DNA of 64,000 bases from Actinomycetota bacterium (GCA_005883355.1 VAXG01000010.1:13706-77705), one strand, 5' to 3'; positions 27,989 to 37,288 are shown, counted from the stretch's first letter. A program made the numbers and translations. The notes: a model not told the origin generated them from the sequence alone.

Positions 27989-28532
27989 GTGCGCGCAGGT
28001 CGACCGCCGCGCGCTCGAGGTTCTCGCGGAGGTCGAACAGACCGGCCCAGAGCGAGGAGCGGTCCGGCACCGACTCGATGCGCGCCATGTCGGCGAGGCC
28101 TTGGAGCGCGCGCACGAGGACGGCGAGCTCGAGATACGCCTGCGCGACACGTGTCGCGTTCGCACCGACGCCGGCGCGCTTGAGAACGGGCTCCCACTCG
28201 AGCAGTTCCCCGGCACCCGGCCCGCCGTACCACGACCGGCCTTCCGCCCGGTCGGATTCGAGCTCGAGGAGATAGCGGTCGAGCGGATGGTCGAGCCCCG
28301 CAAGCGCGGTCTCGGCGCGATCGGCTGCGTGTCGCAGTGCAGCGTCACGCGCGCCCGCGGTCGACGGATAGGCATCGCCACGCGCCCAGCGCTCGAGCAG
28401 GCGGCAGAAAGCGAGCGCCGCGGCTTCGCACGCCCCGAGTTGGCCGACGAGCCGGCGGGCGGTGGCCCACTCCGCCGCGTGGTCCTCGAGGACGTCCGCC
28501 CAGCCGGGCTCTCTGGCTCTGATCGTGGACAT
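27978..28532 (-). CDS. hypothetical all-helical protein
   Basis: 184 aa. Starts 7 nt after the rnj stop and overlaps the ribokinase start. GC3-rich. No motif I recognise. Confidence 0.6.
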   Translation of the reverse strand: MSTIRAREPGWADVLEDHAAEWATARRLVGQLGACEAAALAFCRLLERWARGDAYPSTAGARDAALRHAADRAETALAGLDHPLDRYLLELESDRAEGRSWYGGPGAGELLEWEPVLKRAGVGANATRVAQAYLELAVLVRALQGLADMARIESVPDRSSLWAGLFDLRENLERAAVDLRALAA

Positions 28533-28538
28533 CAGGAT

Positions 28539-30197
28539 CTAAACCTCTACCACGACCGGAAGGATCATCGGCCGGCGGTGGGTTCTGTCGTAGACGAGTT
28601 GTCCGAGCTCATCGTGTAGGTGCTCCTGTAGGAGCTTGATCTCGACGATGTCATTGTGCAAGAGGTCCCGCAGAACTCGGTCCGCCTCTTCGCGCAGCTC
28701 CTCCAGCAACTCGCCTGACCCGTCGCCGAAGCCGCGCGCAATCAGCTCGGTGGGGCCCGCGGCGCCGTCGTCGGAGCCTGCGACCGTCGCCACGACGATC
28801 AGGACGCCGTCCTCGGAGAGCCGGCGCCGGTCTCGCAAGGCGACGTCGTGCACGTCCCCCACTCCCAGGCCGTCGACGAACGTGACGCCGGTCTCGGCCT
28901 CGCCGACGACGCGAACGCCCTCGGGAGAGAGCTCGACGACGGTGCCGTTCTCGGCCAGGACGATGTTCGCGGCCGGCACTCCGGCCTCGCGTGCGAGCTG
29001 ACCATGTGCAGCCAGCATGCGGAACTCGCCGTGGATCGGCATCACGGCTTTGGGTCGCACGAGTGACAAGAGTGTGCGCAGCTCTTCTGCACACGCGTGG
29101 CCCGAGACGTGGACGGGCGCGATCTCCTGATGGAGCACCTCCGCGCCGGTCTTCGCCAGCTGGTTGATGGTGTCGTGCACGCGGAGCTCGTTCCCCGGCA
29201 CGGGTTTCGCGGAGATGATCACGGTGTCGCCGCGTTCCACGTGGATGGCGGGATGATCGTTGTACGCGATGCGCGTGAGCGCCGAGAGCGGCTCTCCCTG
29301 GCTGCCGGTGCAGAGGATCAGCTGCTCGTGCGGCGGGATCTCCTCCAGCTCTGGTGGGCGTACGAGCACGCCTTCGGGCACCTCCATGTAGCCGAGGTTG
29401 CGCGCGATGTTGGTGTTCTTGCGCATCGAGCGTCCGACGATGCAAACCTTGCGGCCGAGGTCGACTGCGACGTCGACGGCCTGCTGCATGCGGTGTACGT
29501 TCGACGCGAACGAGGCGACGAGGATCCGTCCCTCCCGCAGGGGAAAGATCTGCCGAAAGGCCTCGCCGACGATCCTCTCCGACTGCGTGAAGCCGGGACG
29601 TTCGGCATTCGTCGAGTCACCGAGGAGCAGGTCGACGCCCCGGTTGCCGAGCTCGGCGAGCTTCCCGACGTCGGTCTTGAGCCCGTCCACCGGAGTGTGG
29701 TCGAGCTTGTAGTCACCGGTGTGGACGATTCGCCCGGCCGGCGTCTCGAGCACCACCGCCGCCGAGTCCGGGATCGAGTGCGCCATCCGGACGAAGGAGA
29801 TCCGGAACGGCCCGATCTCGCGCGCCGGGTCGTCGGGATGCACCTCGCGCAGCTCGGCCGCCCGCAACAATCCATGCTCGTCGAGCTTTGACTTGACCAG
29901 TCCGAGCGTCAGCCGCGTCGCCCAGACCTCGGGGATCGGCACCTCACGCATCAGGTACGGGAGCGAGCCCACGTGATCCTCGTGGCCGTGGGTGAGGATC
30001 ACCGCCCTGATCGAGCTCGCCCGCTCGCGCAGGTAGGAGAAGTCCGGCAGGACGAGATCGACACCGAGGTGCTCGTCGCGTGGGAAGGCCAGACCGGCGT
30101 CGACGACGACGATCGCGCCGTTGTACTCGTAGACGGTCATGTTCTTCCCGACCTCGCCCAGGCCGCCCAGGGCGACAATCCTGCAGGTATCAGCCAT
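28539..30197 (-). CDS. rnj: ribonuclease J
   Basis: Start ATG 30197 (MADTCRIVALGGLGEVGKNM). Metallo-beta-lactamase HGHEDH, a beta-CASP region and a C-terminal domain. Confidence 0.95.
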   Translation of the reverse strand: MADTCRIVALGGLGEVGKNMTVYEYNGAIVVVDAGLAFPRDEHLGVDLVLPDFSYLRERASSIRAVILTHGHEDHVGSLPYLMREVPIPEVWATRLTLGLVKSKLDEHGLLRAAELREVHPDDPAREIGPFRISFVRMAHSIPDSAAVVLETPAGRIVHTGDYKLDHTPVDGLKTDVGKLAELGNRGVDLLLGDSTNAERPGFTQSERIVGEAFRQIFPLREGRILVASFASNVHRMQQAVDVAVDLGRKVCIVGRSMRKNTNIARNLGYMEVPEGVLVRPPELEEIPPHEQLILCTGSQGEPLSALTRIAYNDHPAIHVERGDTVIISAKPVPGNELRVHDTINQLAKTGAEVLHQEIAPVHVSGHACAEELRTLLSLVRPKAVMPIHGEFRMLAAHGQLAREAGVPAANIVLAENGTVVELSPEGVRVVGEAETGVTFVDGLGVGDVHDVALRDRRRLSEDGVLIVVATVAGSDDGAAGPTELIARGFGDGSGELLEELREEADRVLRDLLHNDIVEIKLLQEHLHDELGQLVYDRTHRRPMILPVVVEV

Positions 30198-30372
30198 TGT
30201 GCCCCTGCCAGTAATGCCGTCGAGCTTCTGGGTCGCGAGCACCAAGCCGGAGGCCGCACTCAACCGCAGCAAGGCTGGTCTGCCTTGCTAAGGGCGAGGG
30301 TGGACTCTGGCGCCGCGTGATCGCGGGCCAGAAGCCGGCACTAAGGCATCGCTCGCGATGCCGACCATAGGA

Positions 30373-30412
30373 GGTCGTGCCGGCTTCGCCGGTACGACCG
30401 TTGTCTATTGCT
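30373..30412 (+). terminator. terminator-like hairpin plus U-rich tail in the leader of the HD-GYP gene (candidate attenuator)
   Basis: A 12-bp stem ggtcgtgccggc/gccggtacgacc (30373-30399) contains a G-U pair that is valid only on the plus strand. It is followed by GUUGUCUAUUGCU. Its 5' half can alternatively pair with 30335-30341. Confidence 0.4.
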
Positions 30413-30471
30413 GGGAGGGGCACCAGGCCCCCAGTCTAAGCGGGAGGCTGGTTCTGGCCGATAAGGGCCGT

Positions 30472-32376
30472 ATGCGGCCCTCTCGCTCGTCGGCGGTCAC
30501 CATCGCGCTCGGCCTCGGCGTGACGGCCCTTGCCCTCTTCCTCGCCGCGGTCATCCTCGTCGAGCTGTTCGAGGAGTCGGACGGCGAGCGCGCGCGTGAG
30601 CCCATGCAGTGGGAGCGTTTCCATCTCGCTGCCTCGGTCCAAATCGCCGCGGTGATCATGCTCGGCCCGTGGGCCGGCGCGCTCGTCGCCGCGGCGGGCG
30701 TCGTCGCGGGAGGACTGTTCCGCGGCCGGGCCCTCCGCGACGTTGCCTTCGCTGCGAGCGCAGGTGCCATCGCAGCGTGCCTCGGCGGGCTTGCGTTCGA
30801 AGTCGCCGGCGGAAACGTCGGCAGCCTCCATCTGCTTGCAGACCTGATCGCCCTCGTTGCCCTGGCCCTCGTCTATGTGACTGCACGCGCGCTTCTGCTC
30901 GATGTCGTCCGCCGGCGCGAGACCTTCGATCCGCTCCTCGTGGCGGGGAGCGGCGAGGTCGGCCTCGGCGCAACGCTCGCGCTTCTTGCGATCGGGCACC
31001 CGTGGGACGTGACGCTCCTCGTACCCGTCGCGATCGCGGTGCAGCAGGTCCAGGTGCGGTTGAAGAGCGTGCAGCGCGAGACGCTGCGAGCGCTCGAGAC
31101 GTTCGCCAACATCGTCGACGAACGCGATCCGTCCACGTACAGACACTCGCTGCGGGTTGCGGGCTACGTGGACGGACTTGCCCGCGCGCTCCAGCTCCCG
31201 TTCTCGGAGATCGACCGGCTCAGGTGGGCGGGGCGCCTGCACGACCTGGGCAAAGTGGCGGTCGACGCGTCGCTCCTGCGCAAGCGCGAACACCTCGACG
31301 GACTCGAATGGGCGGCGATGCGCCGGCACCCGCGCCTCTCCGCGCGTCTCCTGCAGCGTTTCGAGTTCGTCTCGGGGCAAGCCCGCGCAGTCGAACTCCA
31401 TCACGAACGGATGGACGGTCGCGGCTACTACGGGGCCGGCGGTGACGATCTACCGCTGGCATCGCACTTTCTGATCGTCGCCGACAGCTTCGACGCCATG
31501 ACCACCGATCGTCCCTATCGCACCGGCCTCACGCACGAGGACGCATTGAGAGAGATCGAGCGACATGCCGGGACACAGTTTCATTCGGCCGTCGCGAAGG
31601 CGTTCGTCGCGGTGCAGCGGGGCGCCGATCCCGCCACCGTTCTGTCGGCGGAGGAGTTGGCCGAGTTGCGCGGCGCGACCGCTCCTTACAGGATTGGTCT
31701 CGCCGGCCCGGGGGAACTGAAGGAGCGACCGGAGCTCGTCGCGCTGGGTGGCGTCGTCGTCGCGCTCGCCGGGCTCGGCTTCGCGCAAGGCTGGCTTGCC
31801 GCGTCCGGCGGAGGCATCGCCGTTGCCGGCCTGGCACTTCGCGCTCTGATTCGCATGCGCGCGGAACGGGCCGCCGCAGCGCTCCACCGTGCCGTGGACA
31901 CGGGAGAGGAAGGCAACCGCGTCTTCCTGCGCTTGGCCAAGACCGTCACCCGCGTGTGGAAGCACGACTGGATCGCGCTGATCTCCTGGGACGAGGACGG
32001 GCTCGGCGGCTCGATCGAGCAGGCATTCGGAGACGAGCCTCTTCCGGCTGCAGCGCTGACCGGCTTGCTGGTGCGCGAGGCGGAATCGGGTCGCGACGCA
32101 ATCGTCGCCCCAGGAGTGGAGCTCGGACGCAGCGGCGTCGTCGTCGCGCTCCCTTTGCGCCGCGACAACAGCGCGCTCGTGGGCTTCCTCGTCGTTGCAG
32201 CGCCGAAGCTTCCCCCGCGACACGTCGAGCTTGCTCTCCTCGACTCGCTCGACGAGATCGGGCTCGCCCTCGCGGACCGGCCGGAGCTAGGCGGGCGTGC
32301 CGGCCAGAACGCCCAGCCGCTCGAGACAGTCGCGGACGAGCGCGACCTCGCCCTCGCTCGCCTCGACGAGCGGTAG
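30472..32376 (+). CDS. membrane-bound HD-GYP-type phosphohydrolase domain protein with a C-terminal GAF-like region
   Basis: Start set to ATG 30472, ahead of a multi-TM N-domain. HD motif HDLGK. HHERMDGRGYYG replaces the usual HHExxDGxGYP, so the motif is GYY (31423-31431). The 3' end overlaps dapA convergently. Confidence 0.8.
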   Translation: MRPSRSSAVTIALGLGVTALALFLAAVILVELFEESDGERAREPMQWERFHLAASVQIAAVIMLGPWAGALVAAAGVVAGGLFRGRALRDVAFAASAGAIAACLGGLAFEVAGGNVGSLHLLADLIALVALALVYVTARALLLDVVRRRETFDPLLVAGSGEVGLGATLALLAIGHPWDVTLLVPVAIAVQQVQVRLKSVQRETLRALETFANIVDERDPSTYRHSLRVAGYVDGLARALQLPFSEIDRLRWAGRLHDLGKVAVDASLLRKREHLDGLEWAAMRRHPRLSARLLQRFEFVSGQARAVELHHERMDGRGYYGAGGDDLPLASHFLIVADSFDAMTTDRPYRTGLTHEDALREIERHAGTQFHSAVAKAFVAVQRGADPATVLSAEELAELRGATAPYRIGLAGPGELKERPELVALGGVVVALAGLGFAQGWLAASGGGIAVAGLALRALIRMRAERAAAALHRAVDTGEEGNRVFLRLAKTVTRVWKHDWIALISWDEDGLGGSIEQAFGDEPLPAAALTGLLVREAESGRDAIVAPGVELGRSGVVVALPLRRDNSALVGFLVVAAPKLPPRHVELALLDSLDEIGLALADRPELGGRAGQNAQPLETVADERDLALARLDER

Positions 32377-33171
32377 ACGGACGCCGCCGACACCATGGCC
32401 AAGAAGATTCAGCGCCGCCTTGATCGCAATGGGATTGGTCTGGACCTTGAGCAGCTCGTACGCAGGCTGGAGCTCCTCGTGGACCTGGCGCGCCGTGTCC
32501 ACGTCACCCTCGTGGAAGGACCGGATCATTCGCCTGACCTGCGGTCCGACGACGTGCGTGTGTACACAAATACCGCCGATTCCTCCGAGCTCGAGGAACG
32601 GGAAGATGAGAACGTCGTCCCCCGCGTAGAGCGTGAGGTCCGTCTCGCTGACGATGCGCCGAGCTTGGGCGAGGTCGTCGTTGGCCTGCTTGACAGCCCG
32701 GACGGTCGGAATCTCGGCCAGCTCGATGATCGTCTCGGGCTCGAGGTTGACGACGACCCGGCCGGGAATGTTGTAGACGACGATCGGCCTGTCGCTGACG
32801 TCGGCGATCGCGCGGAAGTGCTCGACGATTCCTCGCGCGGGCGGTCGGTTGTAGTACGGAGTGACGACGAGGAAGGCGTCTACACCGAGCTCGTGCGCTT
32901 CACGCGTCAGGTGGACGGAGTGAGCCGTGGAGTAGGTGCCGGTCCCGGCGACGACGGCCGCCCGCCCGGCCAGCGTGTCGACGGCGACGCGGAACAGCTC
33001 GAGCCGTTCGTCGTCCGTGAGCGTTGGGCTCTCCCCCGTCGTCCCGGCGACGACGATTCCGTCTGAGCCGTTCTCGACCAGGTGCACCGCAAGCTCGCCG
33101 AAGCGATCGAAGTCGATCGTGCCGTCGCTCTTGAAGGGTGTGACGATCGCGGTGAGGGCCTCGCCCAGCAC
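32287..33171 (-). CDS. dapA: 4-hydroxy-tetrahydrodipicolinate synthase
   Basis: GTG start. GTTGES, VYNIPGR and the Schiff-base Lys context RAVKQAN. Confidence 0.95.
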   Translation of the reverse strand: MLGEALTAIVTPFKSDGTIDFDRFGELAVHLVENGSDGIVVAGTTGESPTLTDDERLELFRVAVDTLAGRAAVVAGTGTYSTAHSVHLTREAHELGVDAFLVVTPYYNRPPARGIVEHFRAIADVSDRPIVVYNIPGRVVVNLEPETIIELAEIPTVRAVKQANDDLAQARRIVSETDLTLYAGDDVLIFPFLELGGIGGICVHTHVVGPQVRRMIRSFHEGDVDTARQVHEELQPAYELLKVQTNPIAIKAALNLLGHGVGGVRLPLVEASEGEVALVRDCLERLGVLAGTPA

Positions 33172-33189
33172 GCCACTAGTCTACTCGGC

Positions 33190-33618
33190 GTGGATCTGAC
33201 CATTCGGGACGCGACGGCGGACGACGGGGCCGCGATCGCCTCTCTGCTCGGCCAGTTGGGCTACGAGACCGAGGCCACGGCCGTCGCGCCGAGGCTCGAG
33301 CGTCTCGTGATCGTCGGCGATCGTGTTGTCGTCGCGGTGACCGAGGACGAGGTGGTCGGTCTCGCACATCTGCACGCCTCGCCGACGATCGAGCACGAAC
33401 GCCCGGCGGCGAAGATCGGTGCGCTCGTGGTCGACGAGTCGCACCGCGGCGAAGGAATCGGCCGTGCGCTCGTCGAGGCGATGGAGGCCGAGGCGCGTGC
33501 GCGGCGCTGTGTTCTCCTTTTCCTGACGACGGCGGAGCGTCGCGAGGATGCGCACGCGTTCTACCGCCGCGTCGGGCTCGAGGAGACCGGCTCGCGCTTC
33601 ACGAAGACGCTGGACTGA
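33190..33618 (+). CDS. GNAT family N-acetyltransferase
   Basis: Start set to GTG 33190. Acetyl-CoA motif (VVDESHRGEGIGRALVE..) and C-terminal AHAFYRRVG. Confidence 0.8.
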   Translation: MDLTIRDATADDGAAIASLLGQLGYETEATAVAPRLERLVIVGDRVVVAVTEDEVVGLAHLHASPTIEHERPAAKIGALVVDESHRGEGIGRALVEAMEAEARARRCVLLFLTTAERREDAHAFYRRVGLEETGSRFTKTLD

Positions 33619-34063
33619 CGGCGAGCCAGTAGTCGACCCACTCGTCCCTGGTGGCGCCGACGCGCCTGTACACGGCTTGCGCGCGCGCGTTGTCGCGGGC
33701 CGTTTGCCAGCCCAGCTTGGCGGCTCCGTGCCGGCGGCATTCCTGGACGCACGCGTCGATGAGCAGATCCGCGACGCCTGTTCCGCGGTCGGGCGGACGC
33801 ACGAAGAGGTCGTGCATGATTCCTACGCGGTCCGCGATCAGCGTGTCCCACGACCAGTAGACGGTCGCGAAGCCGACGGCTTCCATCCCATTGTCTCGCG
33901 CCATCACCTGCACGCCTTCGCGGTCCGGGTCGGCGATGAGCACGCGCGAGACCGCGAGGAGCGCCTCGTCAGTCGGAGCGACCTCGTAGAAATCGCAGTA
34001 CGCGCGGACGAGAGGCAGCAACTCCTGGAGATCTGGCTCCCCTACGCGCGAGGTTTCAGTCAC
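33599..34063 (-). CDS. GNAT family N-acetyltransferase
   Basis: 154 aa. LFVRPPDRGTGVADLLI and ARAQAVYRRVG. Convergent with the other GNAT gene, with a 20-nt overlap. Confidence 0.8.
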   Translation of the reverse strand: MTETSRVGEPDLQELLPLVRAYCDFYEVAPTDEALLAVSRVLIADPDREGVQVMARDNGMEAVGFATVYWSWDTLIADRVGIMHDLFVRPPDRGTGVADLLIDACVQECRRHGAAKLGWQTARDNARAQAVYRRVGATRDEWVDYWLAVSPASS

Positions 34064-34069
34064 GCCGGT

Positions 34070-34675
34070 TCAGAGCAGCGCATCGAGCCCGATGGTCAGG
34101 CCGGGCGGCAGCGAATCGAGTTGCTCGAGCGCGAGCAGGACGCCTGGTACGAACGCCTCGCGCGAGAACGTGTCGTGACGGATCGTGAGCAGCTGGCCGT
34201 CTCCGCCGAACAGCACTTCCTGGTGTGCGACCAGCCCCGGCAGGCGCACCGAATGGATGATCGGTTCCCCGCCGATGAGCTCCGCGGTGGCCTTCGCAGT
34301 CCCGGAAGGAGCGTCCTTCTTCGCCTCGTTGTGCAGCTCGACGATCTCGGCGCGCGGCATCTGCGCCGCAGCCTCTCGGGCGAAGCGCATCATCAGCACG
34401 GCACCGAGCGCGAAGTTCGGTGCGTGAAAGCATGGAACCCCCCGCTCGCGCGCCGCTTCGTCCACACTCGCGTGGTCGAAGCCCGACGTCCCGATCACGC
34501 TTGGAATGCCGCGCTCGAGCGCAGCTCGCACGTTCGCCTCGACCGCGTCGGGAACCGTGAAATCGATCATGGCTTTGGCTTCGTCGAGCTCGACGAGCTC
34601 GTGGCCGGCCTGCTCGAGGGCCGGCGCCAGGACCCGGCCGACCTTACCGGCGCGTCCGTTCAGGACGAGCTTCAT
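34070..34675 (-). CDS. dapB: 4-hydroxy-tetrahydrodipicolinate reductase (short form)
   Basis: ATG 34675 overlaps the upstream stop (ATGA). GRAGKVGR nucleotide-binding loop and ELHNEAKKDAPSGTA signature (the usual form is E-x-H-H-x-x-K-x-DAPSGTA). Only 201 aa. Confidence 0.85.
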   Translation of the reverse strand: MKLVLNGRAGKVGRVLAPALEQAGHELVELDEAKAMIDFTVPDAVEANVRAALERGIPSVIGTSGFDHASVDEAARERGVPCFHAPNFALGAVLMMRFAREAAAQMPRAEIVELHNEAKKDAPSGTAKATAELIGGEPIIHSVRLPGLVAHQEVLFGGDGQLLTIRHDTFSREAFVPGVLLALEQLDSLPPGLTIGLDALL

Positions 34676-35961
34676 GCAGCGCGGGCGAGCACGGCCGGGT
34701 TGATGCGGCGTGCGGCGGCTCGAAAGATCCGCTCGGTCGGTCCGATGCCGGAGATCGAGAGCTTCTCGGGGGCGAAGAGCAGCCCGGCGAGCTCCGCGAC
34801 TTCCTCGGGCTCGACCGCCTCGATCTCCGCGATGATCCGCTCGAACGAGAGGAGCTCCGTATTCGTGATGAGCGACTTTCCGAGCCTCGTCATCCGATTC
34901 GACGTCGACTCCATGGAGAGCATGATCCGCCCTTTCAAATTTTCCTTCGCCCGCGCGATCTCTTCCGGCCGGAGATTTCCCGCGGCGATGTCGGCGAGCT
35001 GCTCGCTCGCGATCTCGACGCACGGCCCGAGGTTCTCCTCCCGCGTCCCGACGTAGATGCCCACGAGGCCCGTGTCCGTGTACTGCGATGCGAACGAATA
35101 GACCGAATAGGCCATGCCCCGCTTCTCGCGGATCTCCTGGAAGAGCCGCGACGAAGCCGAGCCGCCGAGAATCGAATCGAGGATCGAGGCGGCGAAGCGG
35201 CGCGGGTCCGATCGCGCGATTCCGGGCGCTCCGAGGCAGACGTGGTACTGCTCGGTGTCCTTCCTGGCGAAGCGGAAGCCGGGCGGTGGCGCCTTCACGA
35301 GCGGGCGTCTGACGCGAGGGCCCCCCGAGGGCGGCCGCTGCTGGCTCTGCGCGCGCTGGAGCATGCGAAGGAACTTGTTGTGCTCGATGTTCCCGGCCGC
35401 AGCGATCACGACGTTGCCGCCTGCGTACATCTGGCGGTGGTAGCTGGAGAGCACGCGCTTCGTCACCGACGAGATCACCTCGGCGGTGCCGATCACGGGA
35501 CGTCCAAGGGCATGGTGGCCGAAGACTGCTTCCGAGAAGAGATCGTGCACCAGCTCCTGCGGTGTGTCTTCGTACATGGCGATCTCCTCGAGCACGACGG
35601 CCCGCTCGGAGTCGAGATCCGTGAACGCGGGAGCGAACACCATGTCCGTCATCACGTTGAGCGCCGTCTGCACGTGTGCATCGGGCACGCGTGCGTAGAC
35701 CATCGTGTGCTCGCGCGAAGTCGCCGCGTTGAGCTCGCCGCCGAGACCGTCGAAGATCTCGGCGATCTGCTGAGCGGTGTAGGAGCGCGAGCCCTTGAAC
35801 AGGAGGTGCTCGATGAAGTGCGAGATCCCTGCCTTGGAGTCGGTCTCGTCTCGGGAGCCCGCCCCGATCCAGAAGCCGAGGGCGACCGACCGGACGCTCG
35901 GAATGCGCTCAGAGATCACCCGCTCGCCCGAGTCGAGCTCGGAGAGGACGTACTTCTGCAC
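34672..35961 (-). CDS. M16 family zinc metallopeptidase (PepR/insulinase-like)
   Basis: GTG start. Inverted zinc motif HFIEHLLFKG. Lies in the actinobacterial-style pnp / M16 peptidase / dapB neighbourhood. Confidence 0.9.
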   Translation of the reverse strand: MQKYVLSELDSGERVISERIPSVRSVALGFWIGAGSRDETDSKAGISHFIEHLLFKGSRSYTAQQIAEIFDGLGGELNAATSREHTMVYARVPDAHVQTALNVMTDMVFAPAFTDLDSERAVVLEEIAMYEDTPQELVHDLFSEAVFGHHALGRPVIGTAEVISSVTKRVLSSYHRQMYAGGNVVIAAAGNIEHNKFLRMLQRAQSQQRPPSGGPRVRRPLVKAPPPGFRFARKDTEQYHVCLGAPGIARSDPRRFAASILDSILGGSASSRLFQEIREKRGMAYSVYSFASQYTDTGLVGIYVGTREENLGPCVEIASEQLADIAAGNLRPEEIARAKENLKGRIMLSMESTSNRMTRLGKSLITNTELLSFERIIAEIEAVEPEEVAELAGLLFAPEKLSISGIGPTERIFRAAARRINPAVLARAA

Positions 35962-36004
35962 GCGGTCATTATCCCTGGCCGGGAGCGCCGGCCGCCCGGT
36001 GCAC

Positions 36005-37288
36005 CTAGCGCAGCGTCGGGACCAGCTCGCCGTGGGCCTCCAGCAGGCGGTCGACGAGCTCGTAGATCTCTGCGAGAGGCAGCTCTGCGCCCGTATGCGG
36101 GTCGAGCATGGCGGCGTGGTAGACGTGGTCCCGCTCGCCCGTGAGCACCGCCTCGACGGTCAGCGCCTGCACGCTGACGTTCGTCTGGATCAGTGCGGCG
36201 AGCTGCGCCGGCAGAGAGCCGACCGGCGTCGGGGAGATTCCTTGCTCGTCGGCCACGCACGGCACCTCGACGCAGCACTCGGGGAGGTTGTCAATGAGCC
36301 CGCGGTTCATGACGTTCCCGTTGAAAGCGAAGGGCTCGCCGGTCTCGAGTGCGTGCACGATTCGCGCTCCGTACTCGTCGCTCCGCGTCGTCGTCAGCGC
36401 CACCCCGCCTTCGAGAGAGTCGCGCAGCTCTTCCCACTCCGCGATCTGGGCCTCACAGCGTCGCGGGTACTCGTCGAGCGGGACGTTGAACTCCTCCACG
36501 AGCTCGGGCCGGGCCTGCTTGATGAACCACGGAACGTATTCGGCGAGATGCTCGGACGACTCGGTGCAGAAGTAGCTGAACCGACGCAGCACCTCGTAGC
36601 GAACGCGATTCCACGCCGGAACGTCCTCTTTCGCCCGCAGCTCGGGATACACGTCGCGACCGGCATGCGAGAGCTCGAGGTAGAACGCGAGATGGTTGAT
36701 CCCGGCGCAGACGTACTCGAGCTCGCCGGAGGCGAGCCCGAGGTCTCGTTCGAGCTCGCCTGCGGTGCCCTGCACCGAATGACAGAGGCCGATCGTGGAG
36801 ACAGAGCTGGCACGCGCGACCGCCCAGCAGAGCATGGCCATCGGATTCACGTACTGGAGGAGCAATGCCTCGGGACAGAGTTCCTCCATGTCGCGGCAGA
36901 GGTCGAGGACGACGGGAATCGTCCGCAGCCCGCGCATGATTCCTCCGATCCCGATTGTGTCGCCGATCGTCTGGCGCAGCCCGAACTCCTTCGGTACTTC
37001 GAAGTCCGTCACCGTCGCTGGGCGGTAGCCGCCGACCTGCATCATCGTGAAGACGTAGTCGGCGCCGTCCAACACGGCGCGGCGATCGCGGCTGGCTTCG
37101 ACGCGAACATTCGCTCCTGCCGCCGTGGCGATCTTCTGTGCGACGAGCTCCGAGGTCCGAAGCCGGTGTTCGTCGATGTCCATCAACGCGATCGTCATGT
37201 TGCCGGCGAGCTCCGGATAGCTGATCAGGTCACCGATCAGCGTCTTCGCGAAGACGGTCGAGCCGGCACCGATGAATGCGACCTTCAC
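36005..37288 (-). CDS. glycoside hydrolase family 4 (alpha-galactosidase/alpha-glucosidase type)
   Basis: Start set to GTG 37288 (VKVAFIGAGSTVF, the NAD-binding region). GLCHSVQGT catalytic region. The longer N-terminus is not homologous. Confidence 0.88.
   Translation of the reverse strand: MKVAFIGAGSTVFAKTLIGDLISYPELAGNMTIALMDIDEHRLRTSELVAQKIATAAGANVRVEASRDRRAVLDGADYVFTMMQVGGYRPATVTDFEVPKEFGLRQTIGDTIGIGGIMRGLRTIPVVLDLCRDMEELCPEALLLQYVNPMAMLCWAVARASSVSTIGLCHSVQGTAGELERDLGLASGELEYVCAGINHLAFYLELSHAGRDVYPELRAKEDVPAWNRVRYEVLRRFSYFCTESSEHLAEYVPWFIKQARPELVEEFNVPLDEYPRRCEAQIAEWEELRDSLEGGVALTTTRSDEYGARIVHALETGEPFAFNGNVMNRGLIDNLPECCVEVPCVADEQGISPTPVGSLPAQLAALIQTNVSVQALTVEAVLTGERDHVYHAAMLDPHTGAELPLAEIYELVDRLLEAHGELVPTLR

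Noticed and set aside
30358-30471. ATG 30358 as the true start of the HD-GYP protein (longest ORF).
   Set aside because: The extra 38 aa are not hydrophobic or family-like. The ATG is buried in the 30345-30362 hairpin, and the region folds into consecutive stems with a terminator-like element. ATG 30472 directly precedes the first TM segment. The choice remains unproven.
30198-30471. c-di-GMP riboswitch (GEMM-I or GEMM-II) upstream of the HD-GYP gene.
   Set aside because: I found no GCAAACC / ACGCAAAGC (GEMM-I) core and no ACGCACA-type pseudoknot (GEMM-II) core. Only the generic attenuator-like architecture is supported.
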